Shown here piece by piece: positions 1 to 13,495 of a DNA stretch of 64,000 nt. The notes under the pieces were generated by a model. The model made no database searches. It was not told where the DNA came from and saw only the letters and a list, made by a program, of their open reading frames with translations. The stretch's first letter is position 1. Every line of letters starts with the position of its first letter. The stretch covers positions 1,116,001 through 1,180,000 of the forward strand of contig NC_089433.1 in the NCBI RefSeq assembly GCF_026210795.1, written 5' to 3'. The stretch is from Rhizophagus irregularis. Taxonomy: Eukaryota. Made by a program: the position numbers and the translations under genes.

Positions 1-114
1 TATGAAGGAGAGGATTATAAAAAACTGATTAATAAATACAAAAATAATGGAGTAATCAAAGAATTTAGACATGAAACTTATAAGAACGTAGTAAATATGG
101 ACATTAAGATATGA
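1..114 (+). CDS. 3' end of an F-box/RNI-like LRR protein gene (partial, begins upstream of the window)
   Basis: Frame 1 reads YEGEDYKKLINKYKNNGVIKEFRHETYKNVVNMDIKI*, almost identical to the C-terminus of the 1233-2726 ORF. Confidence 0.9.
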   Translation, partial: YEGEDYKKLINKYKNNGVIKEFRHETYKNVVNMDIKI

Positions 115-1232
115 GTAATATTTTAATAATATCACATTTTGGAATCAAATGAATGTATTAATATATAACAACTATCATATTAAGACCAAGTATTATTAAA
201 CGATTTTAACCTTCAAAATTTTCATTTAATATACGTTGCACTTGTGGGTTTAACGTTGTCAATTTTATCAAATTCCATATTTAAACATTTTTGCTTAAGC
301 TAATTAGTTGTACTTTGAAGCATTATTTATGGTCGCACAGAACAATCTAATTTGGCCAGAGTTTGGTTCAGTTGTTTAGGAATAATTAATTTATTTATTA
401 TCTTTTTAAAAAAAAAATAAATTGTTCAATATCATAAATATCATACAAATGTTGTATTTGATAGCATTTCCTGTCGCATTGTTAAGTTTATGTTTCATAA
501 CTAATGCCATTAAATCACCATATGCTTCACTTGAGTGATTAACATTAATTTCTGGTTGGATTCTAGGTATAAAATAAAGATTAATTTAGAACTGGTTTCA
601 CTATTTCTGTAAAAAGAATGTTTAAATATTCTTTGAAGTACAATCAAAATCTCTCTTTTCATGTCTAATGTGTATACATATTGTAAATATTTAAGTATTA
701 TAACCTTCAAAAATTTTGTAGATTTAATTACGAAATTTAATATTTACTTCATTTCACAAATGTAAAAATTTTGTCTATAAATAATCTTAACTCTCATTTT
801 TTTTAATGCTTTATTTCTGTTATCCAACGACTCCTAATAATAATTCATGATTTTTTTCTTGATATTCTCACAAATAATATTTATTTAAAAGATGGATAAA
901 AAGTTTGTCAATATTGGATAAAAAAATCTATCAATGTTATAATAAGTCTATCATTATTTAGTTTAAAAAGGTACAATATGTTTGGAACGCGTGATACACT
1001 GATACACATGAAGTATTTGACGTAATTGTTTTTGTTCTGTGAAACATTGTTTGATCATCAATTATCTTGTGCTCCTAATTTGGTTAATTAGCCGGAATTT
1101 AATTCCGTCGATATTTTATTTAATTGGAACTTATTCAATAATTTTCCTTGCCGATTAATATTTCAATACTTTGAAAGAATATATTTACTAATATCCCATT
1201 AAAAAAGATTTTTTTATTTTTTTAGACAAAGA

Positions 1233-2726
1233 ATGTTCAAACTTAATAAAGATATTCTTTTTCTAATATTTGAAGAATTGCAAGATGATTCGAAATCTCT
1301 CTTTTCATTCCTAATGGTCAATAGACTTTGGTGTGAAACAGTTATTCCGATTTTATGGAGGAATCCTTGGTGCTATGATATTGATTACAGTAATAAAAAT
1401 TATTTATTTATAATCGTTGCTTCTTATTTGTCTAATAATATTAAAGAATCCCTAACTAGACAAGGAATTCAATTACTGTCAGTTGAATATCAACCACTTT
1501 TGTTTGATTATTTATCTTTCTGTAGAAGTATTAATGTAAATACTTTAAATACTATATCTTCTATTGGATCATCTTTAGCTTATAATCAATTTCTTTTGCA
1601 ACAAGAATTTTATGGTCTCTTTATGAAGAAATTTTCAGAATTAAAGTATTTGGATATGAGATCAATTAGACATCAAATATTTTATTTTCCAGAAGCTAAG
1701 TTTCGCTTCGAATCACTTTGTGAATTAAAATGTGATACATCAGTTGATTCTTCGTATTTTTATGGATTGGCGCATTTATGTCAATATATACAGAGACTCG
1801 TCATTGTTAATACAGACCCAAGTGATTATTATGGGGTTTCTAAATTAATTGAAGTCCAGAAAAATTTAAAATATTTTGGATGGAAGGATGTCCATTCTAT
1901 ATATCGTCTATATCAGCCTGGGTATATTATAGAATCTTACAAACAGATTCTTCTTGCATTAGAAAAAAGTGCGAATATTATCAATCATTTAAATTTAAAC
2001 TTTATGTCTATTGATCGCACATTGCAAAGGGTACTCCCAAAATTTCATAAATTAAAAACATTGGCATATAATTTTAATAATTTCAGTGAAGAACAAATAA
2101 AAATGTGTGTTTATCGTGATCTTGAGATCCTTAAAATAGATCATTACGCTTTAAAAGCGGCCTCTATTATGATTGAAAATAACGGAGGATGTCTAAAGAA
2201 AATCTTATTGGAACCTTATGATTTTGATAAGCATGAAGTTGTTAACTTTAATGAGGATTCTCTTATTTTTATACGTAATATTCATAAAAATTGTCCTTCA
2301 ATTGAATATTTGTGTCTTATATTTTCACCATCAAATGAGCATTTTGCCGAACTTGAAAAATTATTAAAAAATTGCCAAAATTTGAAATCATTATTATTAG
2401 CTATGTTTGATTATACATATTATAAAGAATTGACTCATGAAGAAATTTTAGAATATGGAGAAAATTTATTAAGAATACTATTTAGTTCAGCACCGACCAA
2501 TATAAAAGAATTTAGATTTTGTGGTGATTTTGAATTCTCTTTAGAAGTTTTAGAAAAATTCTTAGAAACATGGGAGGGTTGTACACTTTCCATACTTACT
2601 TCAAATTATACTTATGAAGGAGAGGATTATAAAAAACTGATTAATAAATATAAATATAATGGAGTAATCAAAGAATTTAGATATGAAACTTATAAGAATA
2701 TGGTAAATATGGACATTAAGATATGA
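1233..2726 (+). CDS. F-box domain / RNI-like LRR protein, 497 aa, intronless
   Basis: N-terminal F-box-like motif LNKDILFLIFEEL...SLFSFLMVNRLWCETVIPILW, then degenerate leucine-rich repeats (CPSIEYLCL, CQNLKSLLL). Typical of the expanded Glomeromycota family. Confidence 0.85.
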   Translation: MFKLNKDILFLIFEELQDDSKSLFSFLMVNRLWCETVIPILWRNPWCYDIDYSNKNYLFIIVASYLSNNIKESLTRQGIQLLSVEYQPLLFDYLSFCRSINVNTLNTISSIGSSLAYNQFLLQQEFYGLFMKKFSELKYLDMRSIRHQIFYFPEAKFRFESLCELKCDTSVDSSYFYGLAHLCQYIQRLVIVNTDPSDYYGVSKLIEVQKNLKYFGWKDVHSIYRLYQPGYIIESYKQILLALEKSANIINHLNLNFMSIDRTLQRVLPKFHKLKTLAYNFNNFSEEQIKMCVYRDLEILKIDHYALKAASIMIENNGGCLKKILLEPYDFDKHEVVNFNEDSLIFIRNIHKNCPSIEYLCLIFSPSNEHFAELEKLLKNCQNLKSLLLAMFDYTYYKELTHEEILEYGENLLRILFSSAPTNIKEFRFCGDFEFSLEVLEKFLETWEGCTLSILTSNYTYEGEDYKKLINKYKYNGVIKEFRYETYKNMVNMDIKI

Positions 2727-3611
2727 ATAGTATTTCACATTTTGGAATCAATGTAATTAATATATAAATATTATAATATTACTAAGACCAAGTATTTAAT
2801 AAACGATTTAAACTTTCAAAATTTTCATTTAATATACGTTGAACTTAAGTTTTTGTTGTCAGTTTTATCAGTCCATATTTAGATTGAATATAACAAATTA
2901 TTTATGGTAGCACAGAACAATCTAATTTGATCGGTGTTTTGGTTCAATTGTTTAGGGATAATTTATTTATTTATTTATTTTAAAAAAAAAATTAGATTAC
3001 TCCATACCGTACAAATGTTGTATTTGATTAATTTAGAACGGTTTTCACTATTCTGGATAAAGAATGTCCAAATTCAATAAAGGTATTTTTTGAAGTACAA
3101 TCTAAATCCTTCTTTTCATGTCTAATATATACCTCATATTGTAAGTATTATAATAGATTATAACATTCAAAAATTTTGTAGATTTAAATTATAGAATGTA
3201 ATATTTATTTCGTTTATTATCTAATTTATCACAAATGTAAAAATTTTGTCTGTAAATAACACATTTTTTTTAATGCTTTATTTACTATTATCCCATGGTT
3301 TCTAATAATAATTCATGGTTTTTCTTTCTTTCGAATGATATATTAAAAAGATGGATAAAAAGTTTGTCAATATTTAGTTTGGAGTAATAAGAATAATAAG
3401 TCTATCGTTATTAGGTATATAAAAAGTTTTATGGTTGGAACCGTAAGTTATTTTTCCGTAAAATAATTATTACTTATTAAACTATAATTCACTTTTTTCA
3501 AGTTCACCGGTACGATATCAAAGAATTGTAAATCTATTCAGTAAAGTCAATTTTATAATTATGTGTGATAATATTTAAATAGAGGAAGTTGGGAAGATTG
3601 TAATTAAAATT

Positions 3612-4133
3612 GGTTATGGTACGTTCGCCAAGGCCATTTCGCTGAAGGGAAGTTTCGCTGAAGGGATTATTTCGTCGAATAGACGTTTTATCGAATAAAC
3701 ATTTCGCAATCCTTTTCCCCGAATCGTTCATTTCGTCGAAGGACATTACGCTGAAAATATTAATGATTAACATAATTGCTTAATCAATACAAAGAAAATA
3801 AAAAATGGTTCGGAAATTGATGATAAAATTGATTTTTTCCTTTACTGTAATTAAAATAAAATAAACAAATGCAACTTGTAATATGTGTGTAAATAATTCG
3901 TTTGTCTTATAAAAAAGAAAAGGAAATTGAAAATTCCATATCTTCGATCAAATGTCCCTTCGCCGAATTGGCTTCGGCAAAATGTCCTTCTGTAAAATGG
4001 TCATTCGGTAAAATATTTATTCGGGAAAATGGCATTTCAGCAAAATTGCACTTTGGTGAAACATCCCTTTGACGGAACTGCTTCGGTGAAATTGGTTTCG
4101 GTGAAATGGACTTTGGTGAAAAGTCCGGATACC
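3612..4133. mobile_element. Mutator-like MITE with ~15-bp subterminal repeats
   Basis: GGT...ACC ends; perfect 9-bp TSD ATTAAAATT (3603-3611 and 4134-4142); TTCGnnGAA/GGTGAAA repeat arrays in opposite orientation at the two ends; absent from the homologous spacer upstream of 1233. Confidence 0.75.
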
Positions 4134-4426
4134 ATTAAAATTATAATTAGTAGCGAGTAATAAATTTAGTTTCGGAGTGTCGACAGTGTCGTACACGAAG
4201 TATTGACGTAATTGTTACGTTTTTCATTGTGATCATCATCTATATAGTATTCCTAATTTGGTTAATTCTTCTGGAATTTTAATTCCGTCGATATTTTATT
4301 TAATTGGAACTTATTCAATAAACTTCCTTTTGCCGATTAATTTTTTAATACCTTGAAAGAATATATTTTCTAATATCCCTATTAAAAAGATTTTTTTAGA
4401 AATATTTTTAATTTTTTAGACAAAAA

Positions 4427-5899
4427 ATGTTCAAATTTAATAAAGATATTCTTTTTCTAATATTTGAAGAATTACAAGATGATTCGAAATCCCTCTTTTC
4501 ATATCTAATGGTCAATAGACTTTGGTGTAAAACAGTTACTCCGATTTTATGGAAGAATCCTTGGTGCTATGATATTGATTACAGTAATAAAAATTATTTA
4601 TTTATAATCATTGCTTCTTACTTGTCTGAAGATATTAAAGAATCCCTGACAAGAGAAGGAATTCAATTACCGCCAGTTACATATCAACCACTTTTATTTG
4701 ATTATATATCTTATTGTAGAAGTATTAATGTAAATACTTTGAATACTATAGCTTCTATTGGATCATCTTTAGCTTATAATCAATTTATTTTACAACAAGA
4801 ATTTTATGGTATCTTTATGAATAAATTTCCAGAATTAAAGTATTTGGATATGAGATCAATTAGACATCAAATATTTTATTTTCCAGGAGCTAGGGTTCGT
4901 TTCGAATCACTTTGTGAATTAAAATGTGATACATCAGTTAATTCATCATATTTTTATGGATTGGCGTATTTATGTCAATATATACAGAGACTCGTCATTG
5001 TTAATACAGACCCAAGTGATTATCATGGGGCTTCTAAATTAATTGAAGTCCAGAAAAATTTAAAGTATTTTGAATGGAAGGATGATCATGATATATATGC
5101 TCCTGGGCCAGATGGGGATTCTTATAAAGAGGTGCTTTTTGCATTAGAAGAAAGTGCGAATACTATCAACCATTTAGTTCTAGACTTTAAGTTTACTGAT
5201 CATACATCGCCAAAGGTAATCCCAAAACTTCATAAACTAAAAACATTGATAAATATTTTCAGTGATTTCAAAGAACAACAATTAAAAATGTGTGTTTATC
5301 ATGATCTTGAGATCTTTAAAATAGACTATTACAATTTAAAAGCGGCTTCCATTATAATTGAAAATAGCGGGGGATATTTAAAGAAAATCTTATTGGAACC
5401 TTATTATTTTAACAATTATGTTAATGATTTCAATGAAGATTCTCTTATTTTAATACGCAATATTCATAAATATTGTCCTACAATTGAATGTTTGTCTCTT
5501 ATATTTTCACCTTCAAATGAGCATTTTACCGAACTTGAAAAATTGCTAAAAAATTGCCAAAATTTGAAATCATTATTATTAGTTATGTTTGATCATGCAC
5601 AATCAACTCATGAAAACATTTTAGAATATGGAAAAAGTTTATTAGAAATATTAATTAGTTCAACACCAACCAATATGAAAGAAATTAGAATTTGTGGCGA
5701 GTTTGAATTCTCTTTAGAAGATTTAGAAGAATTCTTAGAATCATGGGACGGTTGCGCACTTTCCATACTTACTTCCGAATTTACTTATGAAAAAGAGGAT
5801 TATCAAGATCTAATTAATAAATATAAAAATAATGGAGTAATCAAAAATTTTATACGCGAATCTTATGAAAATGTAATAAATATTAATTTTAAGATGTGA
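4427..5899 (+). CDS. F-box domain / RNI-like LRR protein, 490 aa
   Basis: Close paralog of 1233-2726 along its whole length. Confidence 0.85.
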   Translation: MFKFNKDILFLIFEELQDDSKSLFSYLMVNRLWCKTVTPILWKNPWCYDIDYSNKNYLFIIIASYLSEDIKESLTREGIQLPPVTYQPLLFDYISYCRSINVNTLNTIASIGSSLAYNQFILQQEFYGIFMNKFPELKYLDMRSIRHQIFYFPGARVRFESLCELKCDTSVNSSYFYGLAYLCQYIQRLVIVNTDPSDYHGASKLIEVQKNLKYFEWKDDHDIYAPGPDGDSYKEVLFALEESANTINHLVLDFKFTDHTSPKVIPKLHKLKTLINIFSDFKEQQLKMCVYHDLEIFKIDYYNLKAASIIIENSGGYLKKILLEPYYFNNYVNDFNEDSLILIRNIHKYCPTIECLSLIFSPSNEHFTELEKLLKNCQNLKSLLLVMFDHAQSTHENILEYGKSLLEILISSTPTNMKEIRICGEFEFSLEDLEEFLESWDGCALSILTSEFTYEKEDYQDLINKYKNNGVIKNFIRESYENVININFKM

Positions 5900-6193
5900 T
5901 TACTATGCTACCATATTTTGTTATTATGATAGAAATTTTAAAATTATTTGTTGATTATATATTTATCAATTTATGGCGGGATTTATTTCATTTAACTGTT
6001 GAAAGTAGAAATTGTCAAAACCTTTTTAAACCTACTAGTTTAAAAATTATATAAATTATTTGTCATATAGTCACATGGTCGCACAGAAGATTTTTTATAT
6101 TTTGAAAGTTATTTCGCCTTTGTGTAAAATTATATTTAAAGTTATCTCTTGAAAAATATTTTAAAATCGTTTCTTGTTACTTTTAAATAAAGA

Positions 6194-6670
6194 ATGTTAA
6201 ACTCAATAAAGATATTCTTTTCTTAATATTCTTGGTGCTATGATATCATGATAAAAATTATTTATTTCTTATTTTTATAAATTGGAATTTCTTTTTCGAA
6301 AAAACTATTCGGTACATATTTTCGTTATTGTTTATTCTACGTTAAGTATCATCACACGATAATATACTATCATTTTGCTTTTTGACGTACATACTGTGAT
6401 ATTAATAGTTAAAAAAAGGCTTATATCAAATAAGAATTAAAAAGTTAGTTGGTTTTTTTCTATTTTACTAGCCAGATGCCCACGTGAATACATATGTATA
6501 ATTATATATATACAGTATATAATAAGGATTAAGGAATTCAATTACCATTAAATCACTTTCGTTTGATTATTCATCTTTTTGCAAAATTATTTATATGAAA
6601 ACGATAACTTCTATTGGATCATTTTTAGCTTATAACAACAAGATATTTATGGCCTATAACTCAGTTATTG
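6194..6670 (+). pseudogene. Deletion-riddled remnant of an F-box/LRR paralog
   Basis: ATGTTAAACTCAATAAAGATATTCTTTTCTTAATATT followed by collinear fragments (CTTGGTGCTATGATAT, GGAATTCAATTACC, CTTCTATTGGATCAT...GCTTATAA) matching the intact genes. Confidence 0.7.
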
Positions 6671-7248
6671 GATGAGAGATCAGTCTTTGACCGATATCTC
6701 TATTCCCCATCCAATAACTATTTAATATTACCTAAGATCTAAATGACTACCATTCAAACCAAATTATTGAGGGGAACCTGATTATGTCGATTTTATTTCT
6801 AATCTGGCAAGAAAATGAGGAGAATAAAGTTAGAAAAACATTAACAGTATAATTAATATGTAAAGTTAGATTAAACACACGTTATTAATACAGAATGTGG
6901 CGAGCAAAAACCTGTATATTTTTTATAATTTTTTTCATGGCTTTAAAATGAACAACTGCCAAATTTTTAATGGAACGTATACCATAGTTAAATCGCTTTC
7001 TTGAATTGCGGGCTAAAAAAACTGTCAATATACCTGAATATATTTTTTTTTGTTTAATCGCTCAGATTAATTAAAATTTTTCATAATAGTATGCACGTAT
7101 GATATTACCAAAATTATTTATTAACAAGCTTGTTCAAGTGAAAAAAATTAGACAATAAGGAGTTTAATTGCATAAATTATAAAATAAAGCACGTTTATTA
7201 TTTTAACTATAAAAACTTATAATCAATACTATTTAAATGAAATACATT

Positions 7249-9038
7249 TTAAAATGTTAACACATTATTAACAAATATGATAACATAATATTTAAATCTT
7301 AAATCAATATTAATTATATTAATAAAAGAATCACATCTAAAATCTTTAATTACTCCATTATTTTTATATTTATTAATCATTCTTTTATAATCTTTTATTT
7401 CATAAATATTTTCATAAATATAGTCGGGTGTAAGTATAGAAAGTTTCGATCCCTCCATTTTTCTAAAAATTCATCCAATGCTTCCAAAGAAAATTTAATA
7501 TAATGAAGAAATCTAATTTCTCTTAAATTAGTTGGTGCTGATTCAATTAATATTTTCAATAGTTCTTCACCATTTTCAAAATATTATTCTTCTAGTATTT
7601 CATCATTCGTATGTATCTCTAAAAGTAATGACTTTAAATTTTGACAAATTTTTAGTAATTTTTAATTTCATTAAAATGCTGCTTTAATGGTGGAAATACA
7701 AGAGACAAATATTCAATTGAAGGACAATTTTCATGAACCTTACGAATATAAATGAGAGAATCGTCATTAAAGTTTTTATATATTCATCAATATCATAAGA
7801 TGATCTAAATAAAATTATCTTTAGATGTTCTCCACTATTTTCAATTATAATAAAAGCTTTTTTTAATTCATAATGATTAATTTCAAAAATCTCAAGGTCA
7901 TGATAAACGCACATTTTTAATTGTTCTTCGTTAATAGACCAAAAATCCATTATCAACATTTTTAATTTATGAAATTTTGGGAGTATTTTTTGTAATATGC
8001 GATCTTTATATCGATAATTGAATAATAATTTCAAATAATTCATAATTGATATTATCCACCTTTTTTCCCAATGCAAGGAGAATCTCTTCATAAGGTTCTA
8101 ATTTAATAGTAGAAACCCCATTATCATCTTCCATTCACAATACTTTAAATTTTCTGAACTCCAATTATATTAGTTAATCCCATAATAATCATTCAGATTT
8201 ACATTTACAATGATGAGACTCTGTATATATTGACATAGCCAGCCCATAAATATGAAGAATCTATTGATTGATGTGTCACATGTTAATTCACAAAGTGATT
8301 CAAAACGAAACTTAGCTTCTGGAAAATAAAATATTTAATGCTTAATAGATTTCATATCAAAATACCTTAACTCTGAAAATTTTTTCATGAAGAGACCATA
8401 AAATTCTTTTTGTAAAAGAAATTGATTATAAGATCCAATAGAAGTTATAATTTTTATAGTATTTACACTAATACTTTAACAAAAGTAATTGATGTGAAAC
8501 ATCACGGCGGATTTATGAAATACCCTAAATTTGTCCGTCATGTCAAAGAAAATAAATATTTGACAGTCTTTTAGTCGCCAAATTTCCCAAATTTATTAGT
8601 GAACAGTCAAAAATGAGCCCTAAAAAATTTTTTTGTACCCCAAATCTTGCGTTTGACCAATTTTTCCAGTGTTAAAGGTGCGTCATATTTGACATTTTTT
8701 AGGAAAAAAGCTTAATGTTTCTGTAAGTCAATTTTAATTCCCCGAGGGCGAAGCAGGGTTTTTGCCAAATTTCATAAATCCGCCGCAATGACTAATGGTA
8801 ATTGAATTCCTTGTTTCGTTAAAGATTCTTTAATATCATCATAAAAAATAAGAAATAATTATAAATAAATAATTTTTATTATTATAATTAATATCATAAC
8901 ACCATGGATTTTCCATAATATTGGAATCACGATTTCACACCAAAGTCTATTGGTCATTAGGCATGAAAATAGGGATTTTGAATCATCTTTTAATTCTTCA
9001 AATATTAAGAAAAGAATATCTTTATTGAGTTTCGACAT
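7249..9038 (-). pseudogene. Inverted F-box/LRR paralog, frameshifted and interrupted by a MITE
   Basis: ATG at 9038 (MSKLNKDILFLIFEELKDDSKSLFSCLM...). ORF fragments 7684-8091 and 7249-7458 match the middle and C-terminus. Several frameshifts/stops and an insertion at 8500-8790. Confidence 0.85.
8500..8790. mobile_element. MITE with 22-bp TIR
   Basis: CATCACGGCGGATTTATGAAAT at the left end and ATTTCATAAATCCGCCGCAATG at the right (20/22 inverted match). No clear TSD. Confidence 0.7.
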
Positions 9039-9050
9039 TTTTTTATCCCA

Positions 9051-11310
9051 ACTTTGGATATTATTTTACGAAATGTTAAATTAATTTTTTTTTTAAAAAA
9101 AAAAATTAATAAATTAAATTGTGCAACAATAATGATGATCAAATAATGTTTCACATGACATTACGTAATCAATAACTTAAAATAATTCCTTATTAAAGTC
9201 TAAATATTATTTTCCAGTTTATTTCCTAGAACATCAATTTACTTCAATTAATTGAACAATCATTACATACAATAATTAACTTAATAACATCGCTAACAAT
9301 TCTTATTTAATATTGGCAATGGTAGCTCATCGGATGATCATTAATTGACGTACATCATACAGTCCATACATACTAATCGAACTCCGAACTCTTGGCGGTT
9401 TCCGGAATTTTTCTTCGGGCTTTATTGTACTCGTGACTTTATTTGTAAAATGTACGGATGTTATCAAATAAGTCTCTTCTTGTAGATATTTACATTAAAG
9501 TAATAATGAATTATCAGTTTTATTGAAATAAGCATAGCTTTACAGAAATTTGTATATCTAAAAAATATGTCAAAAGAAATACAAATGTGATATGTCTATC
9601 ATATTTTTAAGTCTATTGTAACTCGATAATAACAACTGGATCCGTTAATCCGGATATCAGATTTTGAGGTTATCCGTTCAATCCGAATAAACGGATAATT
9701 TTTATCCGAATTATCCGGATATCGAGGCCAATTTATAATTCCGGCCAGAATTGTCATTCGTGAAGTCTAACATTTTGATAGCCGCCCACAAAAAATAGAG
9801 ACATTGTGTAACATGAATTCCTCGAAGAATCTAGAGTTATGGACGTGTAATTCGATACAAAGAACCCTTCGGTTTTTGCCTCAAATTCGTTACAAGATTA
9901 TAGCTAAGGAATTAAAGTATTTAATTGGCTGATTCGTTATACCGTAACAAGGAATTTTTCCTTTGGCGAGATGAATTCGGTGAAATGAGTTTTGGCAAAA
10001 TAGATTTCAGTGAAACGTACTGTAACCGCCTTTATACTATATGATAATAATATGAGAATTGAGAAAACTTGAAAAGGATAATTAATCAGATCTCAGAAAA
10101 ATTAGATCTAATTGTGTTGAATTTTATACATTATTGGTTGATGAGAATAACATCAAATTACATATTATATTGAGTATGAAAGTAGAGCTGCGACCTGTTA
10201 TCTGTTTACCCGGATACAATCTGGGTATACTCAGGTATTTATGAATATCTGGGCTATGGAATAGCAAACGGGTAAAAGTGAGTAATACCCACTTTGTATC
10301 TGTTTTTATGTTAATGCATATATACCCATAGGTAATTACTCCAACTGAAAATGAAATGTTGCCAGAGTTAAGACGTTAACTCTGGCCAGAATGTTTATAT
10401 TGGTTTAATTTTTGGCCGAATGAAATGTTATTTAATCTGGTAAAATTAAAACTTTCAGCCAGAATTGAGGTGTGCTGACGGTATATCATAATTGAGTTTT
10501 GACGTTTTTTGATCCAAAGATAAATCTTCTATAATTGAAATTTTTGAAAGAAGACAATTTTGCAATTGAAATTCTTGTAATTAGTCAACTTTGGATACTA
10601 TTTTACGAAATACTAAATTAATTTTTTTTTAAATGGTGCAACCAAAATTGTAATCAAATAATGTTTCACATGAAATTATGTAATCAATAACTTAAAAGTC
10701 GGGAAATAAACGAAAATAATAGACACTTAAAAAACTTTAATAAGGAATTATTTTAAGAACATCAATTATTTCAATGAATTGAACAAATCTAATACAATCA
10801 TTACATACACTCATTAACTTAATAACATCGCTAACAATTCTTATTTAATATTGGCAAGGGTATTATAATTAATCGAGTTTGGTACGAAATCTCGAAGCTT
10901 AGAATCCCGAAGGTTACAATATCCGACACTTAAATCCCAAAAAATAAAAATAACGAAATGTTATAATTCCGACATTTCATAAGCCTGACTTCATAAGCTC
11001 GAAATTCAAAATACCGAAATGAAAAATCTTGAAATTTCATTAATAAAAGAAAGAAAATCGGTAGAAGTGTCGGGATTATAAAATTTCGAGCTTCGGGATT
11101 TTAGATGGATCCCCATTAATCGACATACACCATACAGTTACATACTAATCGAGCTCCGAACTCTCAGCAGTTCCAGGACTTTTCTCCGGGTTATTTTTTC
11201 TTCTTTGTTGTACTCGCGACTTTATTCGTAAAATGTACAAAATACTATCCCTTCCTGCTGATATGTGCATTAAAATAATAATGAATTATCAGTTTATTGA
11301 AGTAAGCATA
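9051..11310. repeat. Direct duplication of the pseudogene's upstream region (about 9051-9535 and 10588-11310)
   Basis: Shared blocks ACTTTGGATA.TATTTTACGAAAT, TTAACTTAATAACATCGCTAACAATTCTTATTTAATATTGGCAA, CATACTAATCGA.CTCCGAACTCT and AATAATGAATTATCAGTTT. Confidence 0.75.
10877..11114. mobile_element. Mutator-like MITE
   Basis: 9-bp TSD ATTAATCGA (10868-10876 and 11115-11123); internal CCGA/CGAAA 15-bp-type repeats; absent from the duplicate copy near 9340. Confidence 0.65.
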
Positions 11311-12362
11311 GAATAATATAATTGAATCTGTAAATCTATAAATATAAACTATTGATGAATTTGTGATAAAATATTTTTGAAAGACAAGCTTATATACTGT
11401 ATTTTGACTAATATATGCAACTAATACAAGTAATTTTTTTATTATACATTTCTGCTAATTTAATAGTCAGTAAGACATAAAACCTTTGCATTTCTTTATA
11501 GTGATCAATTATAAATATGTTAATAACGATATGAAGTTTCTGTTTAAAATTTATTAAATTACATTTTCCAATAATAACTTTAATAATCGAATTAAATCAA
11601 GATATACATATAAATTTACTAATATGATATTAAATCGATTATAATTATCACGTAGACTTTAGCGCTACTTGATTTTGAACTATTGTGGGATAAAATTCGA
11701 TTATAATTATTAACTTGAAAAAGACACGACAAAAAAATAGATAAATCATACATATCGACAGAATAAGCGTAGTGTACACTATCATACTAATCCTAATAAT
11801 GATGGACCGCAGCACAACCCAAGCACCACTTAATATTTGAATGGTTCATTTAAATAAATTCAATATTAGTATATTGATTTATGTGTATAATACGTTAAAT
11901 TAGTTTTTGTGGATTTTTTTCTTCAAGGTATTTATATAAAGAAATTCATTTGAATATTTTTTTATTCGCGATGTAATATTATTATTATTGACGAAAGCGA
12001 AAGGAACTTACTATAATGAAATTTCCACGAGTAATTTAATATGTCGCTTTAATATTCGGAAACTAGTGATATTTTATTATTAAAAAATGAAATGACCTGA
12101 AATGATGAATAGCACAATTACACAATATAATTTAACTGCGGAGAAAACGACCCTTCATGCCGGTTACATGTGATTTTGGATAATCATTTCAATTACGTCA
12201 GATTATCGATTTAAAATCAAATATTTATGTTTTCTTTTTTCTTCGCTATAATTTTTTTATAAACTCATTTAAAAGAAGAATAACTTAATAAACACAATCG
12301 ATATTTATAATTAAAAAATGTTCGTTCAAATTTTAAGTCATTAGAAAAATGAAAAGATATTA

Positions 12363-12791
12363 CAGTCGGACCTCTATGTACCGATACTGTTGTTTTTGGG
12401 AAAATATATTAGTATATCAAATTATCGTTACATAACCGTCATCAGTGAATCATAATGCGGGCCAAAATCCAATTCTTGCCAGCATTATGTAAACTCCGGA
12501 TAGCTAATATATTAAAATGTCATGTGATTTGGATGGAACCTTTATGTTAACTCCGGCCAAATTCATAGTGTTGACCCGAATTAATACCAGTGTAACCTAA
12601 AGTATCGGTACATCTTACTATGTATTAATTATAAAGGGGTAAAGAAAAGTATCGGTACATGTTACATCGTGAAACCATATATAATATCGGTACAACGAGA
12701 TTTTTTTATTAATTGTGAAACGGGACATAGAAAATTTATCGGTACAGGCAATTATCGGTACATAGGATATCGGTACATAGAGGTCTGACTG
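12363..12791. mobile_element. Tc1/mariner-type MITE
   Basis: TIR CAGTCGGACCTCTATGTACCGATA / TATCGGTACATAGAGGTCTGACTG, TA on both sides, repeated ATCGGTACA subterminal motif. Confidence 0.85.
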
Positions 12792-13495
12792 TATAGTGCT
12801 AAAATCATCAAACTATGTCAAGAATCCGTGAGGGCTTTAATAAGAATGCAATGCATTAGAATAATTATATTAGAAACATAAAGAAACATAAAGTTAAAAT
12901 ATTGTACATCGCAGTATATTATTCAAAACTACAACTATAAAATTTCTATTCGTAAAAAATCTTAATAACCTTAAAGTTCGATAATTTATTATCCGAAATC
13001 ACGTGTAACCGACAAATAAATCCGGCTACCGTCGTTCTGCGGAGAAAGTATGATCACATGTCTGGCGTGTCATTAAAATCGTCTAAAAAACTACGTGATA
13101 TACATAATCACTGATAAAATAAGCTTTAACTATATATATAATTACACTTCCTAACTAAGCTACTTCGTACAAAAAGGATAGGTAAGAATCGGGAGGGAAC
13201 GTGACTAAGCTTGTCCTACGTTATTAATTAAACGCATACCGTAAATCATAAATTTCATGATTTTTTGGTATGATCATCATAAAAAAATATTCTTAATTTG
13301 GTCTGTCCGGAATTTAATTCCGGTGGTTTTATTGTAATGAGCTTTTTTAGTTTTCAAAGTTTTTAAACTTTTTTCTTTGTAATAAAATATTTCAATATTG
13401 CTAAAAACAATACTAAAATAATAACTCGATTGTGAAAAAGTTTTTTTAACCCATTTTTCCATTTTCATCGTTTTTTTTTTAACAACTGATAAAGT

